Positions 8,600 to 19,558 of a DNA stretch of 64,000 nt are shown here, one piece after another; the stretch's first letter is position 1, and each line of letters begins with the position of its first letter. A program made the translations under genes and the position numbers. The notes under the pieces are model-generated. The model had not been told where the DNA came from. It did not search any database and saw nothing but the letters and a program-made list of their open reading frames with translations. Origin of the DNA: Spirochaetales bacterium (GTDB lineage: Bacteria; Spirochaetota; Spirochaetia; JABEVK01). The DNA lies in contig JBAXAI010000010.1 in the NCBI GenBank assembly GCA_037142615.1, forward strand, positions 57,966-121,965, in the 5' to 3' direction.

Positions 8600-10129
8600 T
8601 TAACTCGAAATCGTTTCTCGCGCCGTGGCGAGCTTCATGATGTTTTCTTGGGTAATCTCGGAACCCGAGAGCTCGCCAGTGATCCGGCCTTCGCACATGA
8701 CCAACACGCGGTGGCACAAGCGCACCACTTCCGGCAGTTCCGACGAAATCAAAATCAGCGTCTTGCCGTCTTCGACCAGCTTGTTGAGCAGTTTGTAGAT
8801 TTCAAACTTGGCCCCCACGTCGATGCCCCGGGTGGGTTCGTCAAAAATCAGCACTTCGCTGTCGCGGACAATCCATTTGGCGATAATGACCTTCTGCTGG
8901 TTGCCGCCGGAAAGGAACTTCACCGTCTGCGAAAGGCTGGGGGTCTTGATGGCCAGCGAGTCCACGTACTGGGCCCCGATTCGCGAAGTCTCTTTGTTCT
9001 TGATCAAACCGGCCCAGTTGCAGAACCGTCCCAGGCTGGCAAGCACGATGTTGGTCTCCACATCCATGCCGACGGCCAAACCAAAGCGCTTGCGGTCTTC
9101 TGAAAGGTAACCGATGCCGTGGCCCACGGCGTCCTGCGGCTGCTTGATGGTGACCTTTTTGCCCTTGACGAAGATCTCGCCGGTTTCGAAGGGGTCAGCG
9201 CCAAACACGGCCCGGGCGACTTCGGTGCGGCCGGCGCCCATGAGGCCGGCAAAGCCCAGAATCTCGCCCTTGCGGACCTGGAAGTTCACGTTCTTGATGG
9301 CGCGGCCGCGATTGAGGTTTTTTACCTCGAGCAGAATCTTGTCGCTGGCGATTTTGGACTCGGGCCTTACCATTTCGTCGAGTTGGCGGCCCACCATCAT
9401 GTTGATAATCTGCTCAAGCTCGACGTCGGCGGCCCGCACGGTGTCGATGTAGGTGCCGTCGCGCATGACGGTGACGCGGTCGCTGATCTTCTTGATTTCG
9501 TCCATGCGGTGGCTGATGTACACAATGGCCACGCCGGTGGACTTGAGCTGGCGGATGATGCGGAACAGCTCCTCGATCTCTTTGTCGTTGAGGGCGGCGG
9601 TAGGCTCATCCATGATCAGCAGGTGCGAGTCGTGGCTCAAGGCCTTCACGATCTCGATCATCTGCTGCTTGGCGACCACCAGGTCCATCACCCTCACCCG
9701 GGGGTCAAGGTCGATCTTGATCTGGTCAAACAGCTTCTGGGTCTTGGCGTTGAGGGTCTTCTCATCGAGCACCATGCCACCCCACATGCGGGGCTCGCGG
9801 CCGATGAAAATGTTCTGCGCGGCCGTCAGGTGCTGCATCAGGTTGAGTTCCTGATGGATGATGCCGATGCCGAGTTTTTGGGCGGCGCGGGGGCTGGAAC
9901 TGTCGATGGACTTGCCCTCGAAGGTGATCGTTCCCGAGTCCTTGGTGTACACGCCAGCGAGGATCTTCATCAGCGTCGACTTGCCGGCCCCGTTTTCACC
10001 GAGCAGGGCATGAACCTCGCCCCGGCGCACATCAAACCTGACGTTGTTGAGGGCCAACACACCGGGGAAAGATTTGTGGATGCCTTCCATGCGCAGCAAA
10101 ACATCGTCGTTGGTCGCAGAATCACTCAT
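8600..10129 (-). CDS. Sugar ABC transporter ATP-binding protein (RbsA/MglA type)
   Basis: [34 protein letters not shown]. Confidence 0.96.
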   Translation of the reverse strand: MSDSATNDDVLLRMEGIHKSFPGVLALNNVRFDVRRGEVHALLGENGAGKSTLMKILAGVYTKDSGTITFEGKSIDSSSPRAAQKLGIGIIHQELNLMQHLTAAQNIFIGREPRMWGGMVLDEKTLNAKTQKLFDQIKIDLDPRVRVMDLVVAKQQMIEIVKALSHDSHLLIMDEPTAALNDKEIEELFRIIRQLKSTGVAIVYISHRMDEIKKISDRVTVMRDGTYIDTVRAADVELEQIINMMVGRQLDEMVRPESKIASDKILLEVKNLNRGRAIKNVNFQVRKGEILGFAGLMGAGRTEVARAVFGADPFETGEIFVKGKKVTIKQPQDAVGHGIGYLSEDRKRFGLAVGMDVETNIVLASLGRFCNWAGLIKNKETSRIGAQYVDSLAIKTPSLSQTVKFLSGGNQQKVIIAKWIVRDSEVLIFDEPTRGIDVGAKFEIYKLLNKLVEDGKTLILISSELPEVVRLCHRVLVMCEGRITGELSGSEITQENIMKLATARETISS

Positions 10130-10167
10130 GGGCTCATCGTGGGGCCGTTCCCGGAATCCGCAAATCC

Positions 10168-10198
10168 AAAATCCGGCACAGAGTGTTTAAAATCCGGC
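10168..10198. promoter_or_regulatory. 21-bp-period direct repeat, candidate binding site of the AraC-type response regulator
   Basis: aaaatccggc at 10168 and 10189 in the divergent intergenic region. Confidence 0.5.
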
Positions 10199-10231
10199 GC
10201 GCGGGAACCCCATGCTATACTTCACGATGCC

Positions 10232-11743
10232 ATGAGCGATACCACCTACACTGTTCTGATGGTCGATGACGAGGAACTGATCCGCCGCGGCTTCCAGGCG
10301 AAAGTCCCTTGGACAGACTTGGGCTTCGAGTTTTGGGAGCCTTGCGTCGATGGTCGCCAAGCCCTCGCCACGTTCGCCAACCGCCGCCCCGATGTTCTGA
10401 TCACCGACATCAACATGCCTCATGTAGACGGTCTGGAACTCTGCCGCCTGGTCAACACGCAGTACCCGGAGGTTCTGCTGGTCGTGTTGTCGGGCTTCGA
10501 CGACTTCGAGTACGCCCGCACAGCCCTTCGCTACCGGGTGTGGGACTACATCCTCAAGCCCTTGAACGTGGAAGACCTGAAGCTTTTTCTGGGCAGGCTC
10601 CGGGGTGAACTTGAAGCCCGGCGCACCGCCGCCCGCGCGGGTACCGAAGCCTTGGGCCTGCATCTGCTCCGGGGTTCGGTTCCCGAGACCCTGTTGCCGG
10701 AAGCCTACCGGAGGCTGGGCGAAACGTTCGCCGACCGGGTGTGGGCCTGTTGCCACCTGGAAACCTCGTGGGGAGGCGATCTGGCCGCGCTGTCGGGCGT
10801 CCCTGGCGAGGAGGCGCCGGTGGTCGTGGGCCTCGAAGCCCCACCGCACGGCGTCTTTCGCCGCTGGAAGCTTTTGTATCACGCCACCGACGCCGCAGCG
10901 GCCAAGCGCGTGGCCTACTTCGGATCGCGCCGCCTGGTTCAGGAGTTGCGCCGCCAGACAGAATGGGCCGTGGCCGCGCTGGCTCCCGCAGTGAAGGGCA
11001 TCGCCAACCTGCCTGCGGCCTCGCACGAAGCCGAGGAAGGGCTGGTGTTGCGCTTTGTGCTCGACGACGAAGTGTACCAGCCCTCGTCGGTCGACAAGTC
11101 GGTCCCCGTGGGCCTGGATGCGTTTCCGGACTCGTTCCGCACCGCGCTGACCTCGGTGTCGATGGACGATCTGGGGTTGCTCGTGTCGCGCTTCGAGTCG
11201 GCCCTGCGTCGCGCGCCGGCCTCGCCCCGACGCCTGTCGGACGAACTTCAGGCTGTGTTCACCACGGTGGCCGATTTGCATCCTTCGCCCGAGGAAGTCG
11301 ATGATCTTCGCTCATCCTCGCTGGCCCGCGACACCAGCGACCTGTGCCGCCGTCTGGAAACCCTGTGCCGCCGCGTCAAACAGCGCTTGGACCTGGAAAG
11401 CTCACCCTTGGCCGACCAAAAGGTGAGGGAGTTTCAGGCCCTTCTGGACCGCCGCTTTGCCGAACCGCAACTGGGCATCGACGAGGTCAGCCGTGAGCTG
11501 GCGTTGAGCCCGAGCTACCTCACCAAATTGCTGCGCAAAAAGCTGGGGCGAAGTTTTCTGGACTGCCTGACCGAGGCGCGGATGAACTCGGCCCGCCACC
11601 TGCTGGCTTCCACCAACATGATGACGTACGAAATTGCCGAAAAGTCGGGCTTTTCCGACTCGCGCTACTTCAGTTCGGCGTTCAAGAAGAACAACGGCAA
11701 CACTCCCTCGGAGTTTCGCGCCAAGCGCAGGGAGAACCGATGA
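10232..11743 (+). CDS. YesN-type response regulator (REC plus AraC HTH)
   Basis: VDDE, ITDINMP, SGFDDFEYA, YILKP; C-terminal AraC motif LSPSYL...GFSDSRYFSSAFKK. Confidence 0.92.
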   Translation: MSDTTYTVLMVDDEELIRRGFQAKVPWTDLGFEFWEPCVDGRQALATFANRRPDVLITDINMPHVDGLELCRLVNTQYPEVLLVVLSGFDDFEYARTALRYRVWDYILKPLNVEDLKLFLGRLRGELEARRTAARAGTEALGLHLLRGSVPETLLPEAYRRLGETFADRVWACCHLETSWGGDLAALSGVPGEEAPVVVGLEAPPHGVFRRWKLLYHATDAAAAKRVAYFGSRRLVQELRRQTEWAVAALAPAVKGIANLPAASHEAEEGLVLRFVLDDEVYQPSSVDKSVPVGLDAFPDSFRTALTSVSMDDLGLLVSRFESALRRAPASPRRLSDELQAVFTTVADLHPSPEEVDDLRSSSLARDTSDLCRRLETLCRRVKQRLDLESSPLADQKVREFQALLDRRFAEPQLGIDEVSRELALSPSYLTKLLRKKLGRSFLDCLTEARMNSARHLLASTNMMTYEIAEKSGFSDSRYFSSAFKKNNGNTPSEFRAKRRENR

Positions 11744-13458
11744 AGCCCCGCAGCATCCGGACGAGTTTGATCCTGTCGTTCACGCTGGTGGTGGTGCTCA
11801 GCATTCTCATTCTGGGACTGTCGTCGGGCCTGGTGTTTCAGAAGAATCTGCTCGACAACAACCAGTCGTCGACCCTGCAGCTGGTCGGTCAGCTCAACCG
11901 CGTTCTCGACGGCTACATCGGCTACATGGAAGACCTGGTGCTGGTGGCGTCGGGAAACAGCGATGTGAGGGCTTACCTGGAAAGCCCGGCGGAAGACCCG
12001 GTGCTGCGCGCACGGGTTTCGGTGTTTCTGAAGAACCTGCGGACGGTGCGACGCGACATCGACTCGGTGTTCGTGGTCCGGTCCCCCAACGAAATCCTCA
12101 CCTCGGAGGCCAACGTCGGCCTCAACCCCTTTTTGGACCAGCGGCAGCTGGAGTGGTACCTCCCCTACCTCAAGACGAACTCGAGCATCGCGGTCTCGTC
12201 AGCACGGGTCGAGAACCTGCTGGCTGACCGCTACACCTGGGTGGTGTCGCTGGCGCGCCCGTCGCCCGACCAGAAGATCGTTCAGGTCGACCTCAACTAC
12301 GCTGTCATCCGCGACCTGTGCAAGGCCCTGCAACTCGGGCGCACGGGCTACGTCTATATCGTGAACTCCAACGGCGACCTCGTGTACCACCCGCGCCAGC
12401 AACTGGTATATTCCAAAATCCGCGAAGAAAAGACCTCCGAAGTGCTGGCCATGAAAAATGGCACGCTCACCACCCAGGTGGGCGACCGCACGGTGGTGTA
12501 CACGGCGGCCACCTCGACGCACACGGGCTGGACGGTAGTGGGCGTCTCGTTTCTAGATGAGGTGTTTTCATCGAGCCGCGACGTGTTTACCACCACCTCG
12601 CTGATTGCCCTGGGGAGTCTGCTCGTGGCGATCCTGCTGGCGTGGCTGGTGTCGCGGCGCATTTCGGCGCCCATCGAGGAACTGCGGCGGTCGATGCAAA
12701 AAATCGAAACCGGCGACTTTGACATCGAAATCTCGGTGCAGGCCGACAACGAACTGACGCAGTTGGCGAATGACTGCAACCTGGCGATCAAGACCATCCG
12801 CGAGCTCATGCTCGACAACGAGCGGGAGCAGGAAAACAAACGCCGCCAGGACCTGTTGTTGTTGCAGTCGCAGATCAACCCCCACTTTCTGTACAACACC
12901 CTCGACTCCATCGTGTGGATGTGCGAAATGGAAGACGGCCCGGGGGCCATCAAGATGACCACGGCGCTGGCCAAGTTCTTCCGTTTGGGCATCAGCCGGG
13001 GTTCCGACATCCTGACACTCAAGGACGAGGCGGGGCACGTGGAGTCGTACCTGCAGATCCAAAAGATGCGCTACGGCGACAAGTTCGAGTACAGCATCAA
13101 AATCGACGACGGCATCCGCGAGGCGCTGATGTTGCGCCTGTTGCTGCAGCCGTTGGTGGAAAACGCCCTGTACCACGGCATCAAACCCAAGGAAGGGCCC
13201 GGTCGCATCGAAGTGTTGGGCCACCGTGAAGGGGCCAATCTGATGCTGACCATCCGCGACGACGGGGTGGGAATGAGCTCGGTAGCCCTGGAACGCCTGC
13301 AGAATCCCGGCAGCCAAGTCCACATCGGCCTGGAAAACGTGCAGGAACGCATCCGCATCTTTTACGGCACCGAAGGGGGGCTCGAGGTGAACAGCACGCC
13401 GGGCAAGGGCACGGAAGTCCGCCTTACCCTGCCCTTTTTGACCACGGAGTTGTCATGA
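11740..13458 (+). CDS. YesM-type sensor histidine kinase (Cache, HAMP, His_kinase)
   Basis: Two TM helices; LQSQINPHFLYNTL, LQPLVENA, DDGVG, GKGTEV. Confidence 0.95.
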   Translation: MKPRSIRTSLILSFTLVVVLSILILGLSSGLVFQKNLLDNNQSSTLQLVGQLNRVLDGYIGYMEDLVLVASGNSDVRAYLESPAEDPVLRARVSVFLKNLRTVRRDIDSVFVVRSPNEILTSEANVGLNPFLDQRQLEWYLPYLKTNSSIAVSSARVENLLADRYTWVVSLARPSPDQKIVQVDLNYAVIRDLCKALQLGRTGYVYIVNSNGDLVYHPRQQLVYSKIREEKTSEVLAMKNGTLTTQVGDRTVVYTAATSTHTGWTVVGVSFLDEVFSSSRDVFTTTSLIALGSLLVAILLAWLVSRRISAPIEELRRSMQKIETGDFDIEISVQADNELTQLANDCNLAIKTIRELMLDNEREQENKRRQDLLLLQSQINPHFLYNTLDSIVWMCEMEDGPGAIKMTTALAKFFRLGISRGSDILTLKDEAGHVESYLQIQKMRYGDKFEYSIKIDDGIREALMLRLLLQPLVENALYHGIKPKEGPGRIEVLGHREGANLMLTIRDDGVGMSSVALERLQNPGSQVHIGLENVQERIRIFYGTEGGLEVNSTPGKGTEVRLTLPFLTTELS

Positions 13459-14468
13459 AACAATCCACCCGCATGATCGCGGGGCTGGCCGTTCTGGTAG
13501 CCTTGGCCTTGGCCACCTTCGCCCTGTTTATTGTGCCCGGCTTTCTGTCGGCCGCCGAAGGCCGTTACCAGGGCCGCCCCAAGGTCATCGTGCTGCTCAA
13601 AGAAAACAACAGCGCCATGACCTTCTGGAAGATTGTTCGTGAAGGGGCGGAATCGGCGGCCGAAGACGTCAACTTGGACCTCGACATCCGGGGGCCCGAC
13701 AACGAAAAGGCCGTGGACCAGCAGATTCAGCAGCTCGACCAGGCCGTACGCGAAAAGCCGGCTGCCATCGTGTTGGCCGCCACCGACTTTCTGCGACTGG
13801 TGCCGGGAGTGAAGGCAGCCCGCAGCGCGGGAATCCCCATCGTTACCATGGATTCTTTCATCGCTTCGGACGACGCGCTTTCGCAGATTGGCACCGACAG
13901 CGTGGCGATGGGAGCCGAAGCGGCCCGAAGTCTGCTGAAGTTTGCAGCGCTGAAGCCAGAAGTGGCGATCTTGAGCCACATCCGCGGTTCCTCGACGGCC
14001 CTCGACCGCGAAAAAGGGGCTCAGGAAGTGCTCAAGGGCAAGGCGACGGTGCTGCCTGTGGTGTACAGCGGCGCCGACATCGCCACCGCGTACCGCCTGA
14101 CCCAGGAGATTCTCGCCACGCACCCGAACCTGGGTGGCATCTTGGCGATGAACGAACCCACGACCCAGGGCGTCATCCGCGCGCTTCGCGAGTCGGGACG
14201 TGCCAACTCCATCCCGCTGGTCGGCATTGACCAGTCGTTTGAACTGCTCAAGGGCCTCGAAGAGGGGGTTCTGCGCAGCCTGATGGTTCAGCAACCCTTC
14301 AACATGGGCTATTTGAGCGTCGTGTCGGTGCGCAATCTGCTCGATCACAAATCGGTGCCCCGAAATCAGGACACCGGTTCGATAGAAATCACCAAAGAGA
14401 ATATGTTTTTGCCTGCCAACGAACAGCGGTTGTTCCCCTTTGACGAGGCCCAACCGCTGTTGAAGTAG
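13455..14468 (+). CDS. Sugar-binding protein associated with the two-component system
   Basis: N-terminal anchor; FW..VREGA, GIPIVTMDS, VQQPFNMGY. Confidence 0.85.
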   Translation: MKQSTRMIAGLAVLVALALATFALFIVPGFLSAAEGRYQGRPKVIVLLKENNSAMTFWKIVREGAESAAEDVNLDLDIRGPDNEKAVDQQIQQLDQAVREKPAAIVLAATDFLRLVPGVKAARSAGIPIVTMDSFIASDDALSQIGTDSVAMGAEAARSLLKFAALKPEVAILSHIRGSSTALDREKGAQEVLKGKATVLPVVYSGADIATAYRLTQEILATHPNLGGILAMNEPTTQGVIRALRESGRANSIPLVGIDQSFELLKGLEEGVLRSLMVQQPFNMGYLSVVSVRNLLDHKSVPRNQDTGSIEITKENMFLPANEQRLFPFDEAQPLLK

Positions 14469-14477
14469 TTCTCGACC

Positions 14478-15476
14478 TCAAGGCGTGATGGTGCCGTCCA
14501 GGTCCCAAAGGTCTTCCCAGGTCTGACCCTCTTTCCACAGAAACACCTGACCCTTGATCAGGCGGCAGTTGCGGTCAATTCGCGATAGGGCCTGAACTTC
14601 CTGGGCGGTGAGGGGCAGCGCGATGCTGGCCTCGAGATTGGCCTGAAGGTTCTTGGCCTTCACCGAGAACGGGATGACGACATGCCCCCGCTGAAGGCCC
14701 CATTGCAAGCAGACCGTCACGGGGTGGACGCCGTGCTGCTTGGCGATCTCGACAACCACGGGGTCGTCCATGTCGACGGTGTCTTCGGGGGTGCGGTCGC
14801 GTTCGGGCCGACCAGGCGAGCCGATGGGGCTGTAACCGATGGGCACCACCCCGTTCTTGACCACGAATTGGAGCAGTTCTGGCTGCTGAAAGTGCGGGTG
14901 CAGCTCCATTTCGTTGACAGCGGGTTTGATCCTGGCGTCGCGAAGCACAAGTTCCAGCTTGGGGATGGTCATGTTGCTGGTGCCGATCGAGCGCACCAGG
15001 CCTTGGTCGACCAAAGACTCGAGCTTGCGCCAGATCTTCATGTAGTCGGCGTGAAGGTAGGGCTTGGCGTCGTGGGCACGGCTGGTGACATCCACCCCGG
15101 GCGCGTGGTGGTTGGGAAAAGGCCAATGGATCAAGTACAGGTCGAGGTAGTCCAAGCCCAGATCGCGCAGAGACTTTTCGAAGGCGGGGATGACGTCGGC
15201 CTCGGCGTGTTTGTTGTTCCACAGCTTCGAGGTGATGAACAGATCTTCGCGTTTGACGCCGCCGGCCATCACCTGCTTCAGGGAAGCCCCGACCAGACGC
15301 TCGTTGTTGTACACCGCCGCGCAGTCGAAGTGACGGTAGCCGAGGCGGGCCGCCTCGAGCACGGCGGCTGCCACCTGCTCGCCCGAAACCGCGTCGGAAC
15401 CGAAGGTGCCCATGCCGACCACCGGAATGCGATGGCCGTTGGAAAAGGTTTGAAAGGGAACGTCTTTGGGGTTCAT
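14478..15476 (-). CDS. Aldo/keto reductase
   Basis: GYRHFDCAAVY, FITSKLW, LDYLDLYLIHWP, IGTSN, EMELHP; start MNPKD behind RBS GGAGG. Confidence 0.93.
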   Translation of the reverse strand: MNPKDVPFQTFSNGHRIPVVGMGTFGSDAVSGEQVAAAVLEAARLGYRHFDCAAVYNNERLVGASLKQVMAGGVKREDLFITSKLWNNKHAEADVIPAFEKSLRDLGLDYLDLYLIHWPFPNHHAPGVDVTSRAHDAKPYLHADYMKIWRKLESLVDQGLVRSIGTSNMTIPKLELVLRDARIKPAVNEMELHPHFQQPELLQFVVKNGVVPIGYSPIGSPGRPERDRTPEDTVDMDDPVVVEIAKQHGVHPVTVCLQWGLQRGHVVIPFSVKAKNLQANLEASIALPLTAQEVQALSRIDRNCRLIKGQVFLWKEGQTWEDLWDLDGTITP

Positions 15477-16402
15477 AGAGCCTCCTTGAGGTAGGGTTTC
15501 AGCGCCTCGACCAGCGCCGGTTCTTCGGCCGGGGTTCGTCCGGCGGGCAGGTTCACCCCGTCGAACAGATACCAGGTTTCCTGGTGATCGACACCCTGAC
15601 CGGGCTCCAAGCGGGCCAGGGGTCCCAGAGTCTCTACTTCCAGAAAGCCGGGCATGGTGAAGAACTCGCAGTTGCACCCCTGGTCGGGGTAGGTCTGTCC
15701 CTCGCGGTAGGCGAAGGTCTTGACGAACAGCTGACGGCCTAGCTCGTAGGCCGCCCAGCCCTGGCGGTTGCCCAGGCCGAACTTCTGCTTGGTGGGCAGC
15801 GACTCGTCCTGGCGGAACTGGAGCAGGCGGTCGCCCCAGGTGAAGCGGGGATCGTTCATCCGGGTGAAGCGCCACAGCACCACCGGCCGCGCCGGGGTAA
15901 ACGACACACCGTGGTCGACAAACGGTTCCTGCGGAACCAGCGCCCGCCCGCCGGCCGCCATCACGCTCAGCGCCCACGGCGCCACGTCGATGGCCCACAG
16001 GTTTTCGTTCACCAGGCGGTGGTTCAGGTGCACCCGACCGTCTTCCAGCCGCAGTGTGATTTCCTTGCGAATCCCCGTGGTCGGTTCGGTCTTGCTCAGC
16101 AAGGTGAGCGTTGCCCCGTCCCAGCGGTGCTCCACCGGGTCAAAGTCGGGCGCGTAGGTTCGCGGAGCCACTTCGGGGGCATGCCAGAGCCGGTGCCCAC
16201 CAAAGCTCAGCCATTCGTTGCCACTGGTTTGGCCCAGGTGCTCAGCGAACTCCTTGAACAGGTTTTGCCCGCCCACGGTGCCAAACCGGATGACCCGGGG
16301 CCCCACGTCGAGGGTGACCACCAGTTCGACGCGGCCGTCGGTGAGCCTGACACAGTTCGGCCACCCCCCGTAAGCGAGCTTCTCCAGCCGGGATGCGCTC
16401 AT
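15473..16402 (-). CDS. Conserved hypothetical protein, galactose-mutarotase-like fold (DUF4380-like)
   Basis: VGPRVIRFG, GGHRLWHAPE, YPDQGCNCE, LEVETLGP; overlapping start/stop codons with both neighbours. Confidence 0.7.
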   Translation of the reverse strand: MSASRLEKLAYGGWPNCVRLTDGRVELVVTLDVGPRVIRFGTVGGQNLFKEFAEHLGQTSGNEWLSFGGHRLWHAPEVAPRTYAPDFDPVEHRWDGATLTLLSKTEPTTGIRKEITLRLEDGRVHLNHRLVNENLWAIDVAPWALSVMAAGGRALVPQEPFVDHGVSFTPARPVVLWRFTRMNDPRFTWGDRLLQFRQDESLPTKQKFGLGNRQGWAAYELGRQLFVKTFAYREGQTYPDQGCNCEFFTMPGFLEVETLGPLARLEPGQGVDHQETWYLFDGVNLPAGRTPAEEPALVEALKPYLKEAL

Positions 16403-17472
16403 TTGACTTCCTCGTCGAACACCACCGCCACCTTGCCACACTTGCCGCTGGCCATCAGCGAGTACGCGTCGGCGCAGTTGTCGAGAGTGAACCGGTGGGT
16501 GATGAGGGTTTCGGGGTGGATTCCCCAGCGCACGATGCGTTCCACCAGCTCTTCCATGCGCCAGATGTTGGTCACCCAACTGCCATAGATGGTCTTCTGG
16601 TCGTGGATGATGTCGGCCGAAGGGGCAAACTGCACCGTGCCGCCTTCGCCGATGAAGCAGATTTTTCCCCACTTGCGCGTGGCCTGGATGCAGGTCAGTC
16701 GGGCCTTGTCGTTGGCCGAGCAGTCGATGGCCTTTTCGACGCCGAAGCCGCCGGTCAGCGCCTTCACCTGCGCCACGTTGTCGGGGCCGGAGGGGAACAC
16801 GTGGTCGCACAGGCCTTGGTCTTTGGCCAGGGCCAGCCGTTCGGGCACGGTGTCGGTGCCGATCACCAGCTTGGCTCCCATGGCACGGGCCAGCATGGCG
16901 GTGGCCAGGCCGACCGGCCCCAACCCGGTCACCAGCACGGCGTCGTTACCGCTGATGCCGATCTTTTCGAGGCCTTCGTACACGGTGCCGAACCCGCAGG
17001 CCACCTGGGCACCGTCGCTGTAGGTCAGCTCGTCGGGGAGCAGAACCAGGTCCTTTTCTTCGGCCAGCAGGTATTCGGCCATGCCACCGTTGCGCTGCCA
17101 GCCGTAGGCCCGGCGGTACTTTTCGCTGGTGCAGCTGATCATGTAGCCGCGCCGGCAATCGTTACACACGCCACAGCCCGAAATGTGGTACACGATGACG
17201 CGGTCACCGGTCTTGAAACGGCGGCAACCAGGGCCTTCCTGCACAATTTGGCCGCAGGGTTCGTGGCCGGCGATCATTCCGGTTTGGTAGCCTTCCGGGC
17301 CCTTGCCCGTGTGTTCGCGGTAGATGGCGCGGATGTCGGACCCGCAAATCGTCGAGCTCTTGACCCGAATCAGCACCTCGCCGTGCCCTGGGGTTGGAAC
17401 CTCGAAGTAGCCCATTTGCACGGTGCTGTTTCCGGGGAGCATGGCCCCGGTCATTTTCTTGGGAATTGTCAT
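16399..17472 (-). CDS. Zinc-dependent medium-chain (sugar/polyol) dehydrogenase
   Basis: ICGSD, GHEPCG, CGVCNDCRRG...C, GLGPVG. Confidence 0.92.
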   Translation of the reverse strand: MTIPKKMTGAMLPGNSTVQMGYFEVPTPGHGEVLIRVKSSTICGSDIRAIYREHTGKGPEGYQTGMIAGHEPCGQIVQEGPGCRRFKTGDRVIVYHISGCGVCNDCRRGYMISCTSEKYRRAYGWQRNGGMAEYLLAEEKDLVLLPDELTYSDGAQVACGFGTVYEGLEKIGISGNDAVLVTGLGPVGLATAMLARAMGAKLVIGTDTVPERLALAKDQGLCDHVFPSGPDNVAQVKALTGGFGVEKAIDCSANDKARLTCIQATRKWGKICFIGEGGTVQFAPSADIIHDQKTIYGSWVTNIWRMEELVERIVRWGIHPETLITHRFTLDNCADAYSLMASGKCGKVAVVFDEEVK

Positions 17473-17578
17473 TGTTTCCTCCTGCTCATAGCGCCATTCT
17501 CGACCCGATTCGCGGGGCTGAACATGGATACCTCTGGCCGAAGGATGGATATTTGTGAACCAGGAGCCGGGAGACAAC

Positions 17579-18424
17579 TTAGCTGCGCAGGCGTCGAAAG
17601 CCCTCGGGCGACTGGCCGTACACGGTTTTGAAGCAGCGGCTGAAATGGTAGGGGTCGTCATACCCGGTGAGCGCCGCGACCTCCTTGACGAGCAACTGGG
17701 GATCGAGCAACAGCGACGCTGCCAGGGCCATCCGGCACTGAACCAGAAACTGATGCGGCGTCTGTTGGTCAAACCGGCGGAACAGCCGGGCCAGGTACGA
17801 CGGCGAAACCCCGCATTCCCGGGCAGCCTGCTCCAGGCCGAAGCCCTGGGTGGCCAGCTCCCGGAGCTTTTCTTTCAGGGCCCGGAACCGCCCCGAGCCC
17901 GGGTCGTTGGGCTGGGCCACGCTGCGGTCGGTGAGCAGCACCAGGATTTGCCGAACGATGAGGGAGCACACTTCGGCCCGACTGGCCTGCAAACTATCGG
18001 CGCTGGCCTTGAGATCTTCGAACAGCCGCGCCAACGCGCCGGTGGCCGTGACCCGGCCAGGTCTGCTCTCGGGAAACGCCCGGGCAAGCAGTTCGGCCCC
18101 GAGTTCACCCGAAAAATCGACAAAGTACTTCACCATCGACGAGGCGGGCGAGGCCTCGATCCGGTGCGCCACCCCGGGTCCGTAGCAGAACACCGAGCCC
18201 GGACCGAGCTCATGGCGGCGGCCCTCGAGCACCAGAACCCCCTGCCCCGAGGCCACAAACTCCAGCGATTGGTAACGGAAGTTGGCCCGGTCGACCACGT
18301 AGGTCGAATCACACACTTCCCGCCCGCCGCAGACCACCGCCAACCCCGAGGTTGGCGCCGGTGAAAGGTCGAGAAAATAGTAGTCGCCGCGCTGAACCCG
18401 CTGGGACAGAAAGTTCGGTTCCAT
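17579..18424 (-). CDS. AraC-family transcriptional regulator
   Basis: Cupin N-terminus; C-terminal GYDDPYHFSRCFKTVYGQSP. Confidence 0.92.
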   Translation of the reverse strand: MEPNFLSQRVQRGDYYFLDLSPAPTSGLAVVCGGREVCDSTYVVDRANFRYQSLEFVASGQGVLVLEGRRHELGPGSVFCYGPGVAHRIEASPASSMVKYFVDFSGELGAELLARAFPESRPGRVTATGALARLFEDLKASADSLQASRAEVCSLIVRQILVLLTDRSVAQPNDPGSGRFRALKEKLRELATQGFGLEQAARECGVSPSYLARLFRRFDQQTPHQFLVQCRMALAASLLLDPQLLVKEVAALTGYDDPYHFSRCFKTVYGQSPEGFRRLRS

Positions 18425-18444
18425 GCGTTCATCGTAACACCGAC

Positions 18445-18490
18445 TTGACGGGAACGCACGCCCGGGCTACCGTGTTTGGTAACGGTTACA
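18445..18490 (+). promoter_or_regulatory. Sigma70-like promoter plus LacI operator for the lacI-family gene
   Basis: ttgacg-N17-taccgt followed by the CG-centred palindrome tggtaacggttaca (18477-18490). Confidence 0.7.
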
Positions 18491-18503
18491 CCCTGGAGGG
18501 CCC

Positions 18504-19481
18504 ATGGCGACGATCAAGGATGTGGCCGCTCAGGCGGGAGTTTCGGTGGCCTCGGTGTCGCGGGCGATCAACGACCCCTCGTCGGTGGCGCCGGGCACGC
18601 TGGAACGCATCAACGCCGTCATCCGCAAAACGGGCTTTGCCCCCAACAAGATCGCGCGCAGCCTCAAGGTGCAGACCAGCAAGAGCGTGGCGGTGGTGGT
18701 GCCCGACATTTCCAACCCCTTTCACCTCAAGGTGATCAAGGGGGCCGAATCGGTGCTGGCCGCGGCGGGCTACACGCTGTTCATCATGGACACCGAAGAA
18801 AGCGCCGAAAAGGAAACCCGCTCGCTGCGCGACCTGTTTGACCGGCAGATCGACGGACTGGTGTACATCCCGGTGCTCACCAACCAGCGCCTGCCCCGGG
18901 TTCTGGCGGAGTCGCGCATTCCCTTCGTCGTGGTCGACCGAGCGCTGGGCACCGACCATGACACGGTCCTGAGCAACAACTTCGCTGGCATCTCCTTGTT
19001 GTTGAATCACTTAGCTTCCCTCGGCAAACACCGCATTGCTCTCATCGGTGGCCCGGAAGGGACTCACCTCGGCCGGGAACGCAACCAGGCCTACCGCACG
19101 CTGGTTCGCCAGTACCGGCTCGAAGACAACCCCGCACTGGTGCGCTGCGGCGAGTTCACCATCGAAGCCGGTTTGGCCCTGGCGCGGCAACTGGTCGCCG
19201 AGCAGTTGGCTCCCGAGGCGGTGGTGGCCGCTGCCAACTTTCTGGGCATCGGCGCGCTCAAGGCCTTTCGCGACCTCGGGGTCAAGGTGCCCGGCGACCT
19301 CGAACTGGTGGTTTTTGACGAAATGGGCGACCTGGTCGATCCCCCGATCACCCACGTGCGCCAGCAGGCCTTTGAGATGGGCGCCCAGGCCACGCGGTTT
19401 CTGCTCGAACGCCTTCAGGGGCTGACGGTCGCGCCCCGCACCGTGCTTTTTGAACCCGTCTTGTATCTCGCGCCTGCATGA
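18504..19481 (+). CDS. LacI-family transcriptional regulator
   Basis: MATIKDVA..AGVSVASVSR HTH; FAPNKIARSL hinge helix. Confidence 0.95.
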   Translation: MATIKDVAAQAGVSVASVSRAINDPSSVAPGTLERINAVIRKTGFAPNKIARSLKVQTSKSVAVVVPDISNPFHLKVIKGAESVLAAAGYTLFIMDTEESAEKETRSLRDLFDRQIDGLVYIPVLTNQRLPRVLAESRIPFVVVDRALGTDHDTVLSNNFAGISLLLNHLASLGKHRIALIGGPEGTHLGRERNQAYRTLVRQYRLEDNPALVRCGEFTIEAGLALARQLVAEQLAPEAVVAAANFLGIGALKAFRDLGVKVPGDLELVVFDEMGDLVDPPITHVRQQAFEMGAQATRFLLERLQGLTVAPRTVLFEPVLYLAPA

Positions 19482-19487
19482 AACTTC

Positions 19488-19535
19488 TTGACAGAATGAG
19501 GGGTTGGGTCTAGCCTGTTCATGTAATCGTTTACA
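19488..19535 (+). promoter_or_regulatory. Sigma70-like promoter plus LacI operator for the fucose operon
   Basis: ttgaca-N17-tagcct followed by tgtaatcgtttaca (19522-19535), similar to the site at 18477. Confidence 0.75.
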
Positions 19536-19558
19536 GTCGCAACAAGAGGAGCCAACAA

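Noticed and set aside
9119-10231. N-terminal 370 aa of the 874-aa ORF
   Set aside because: Antisense shadow of the ABC ATPase; the REC domain starts at ATG 10232
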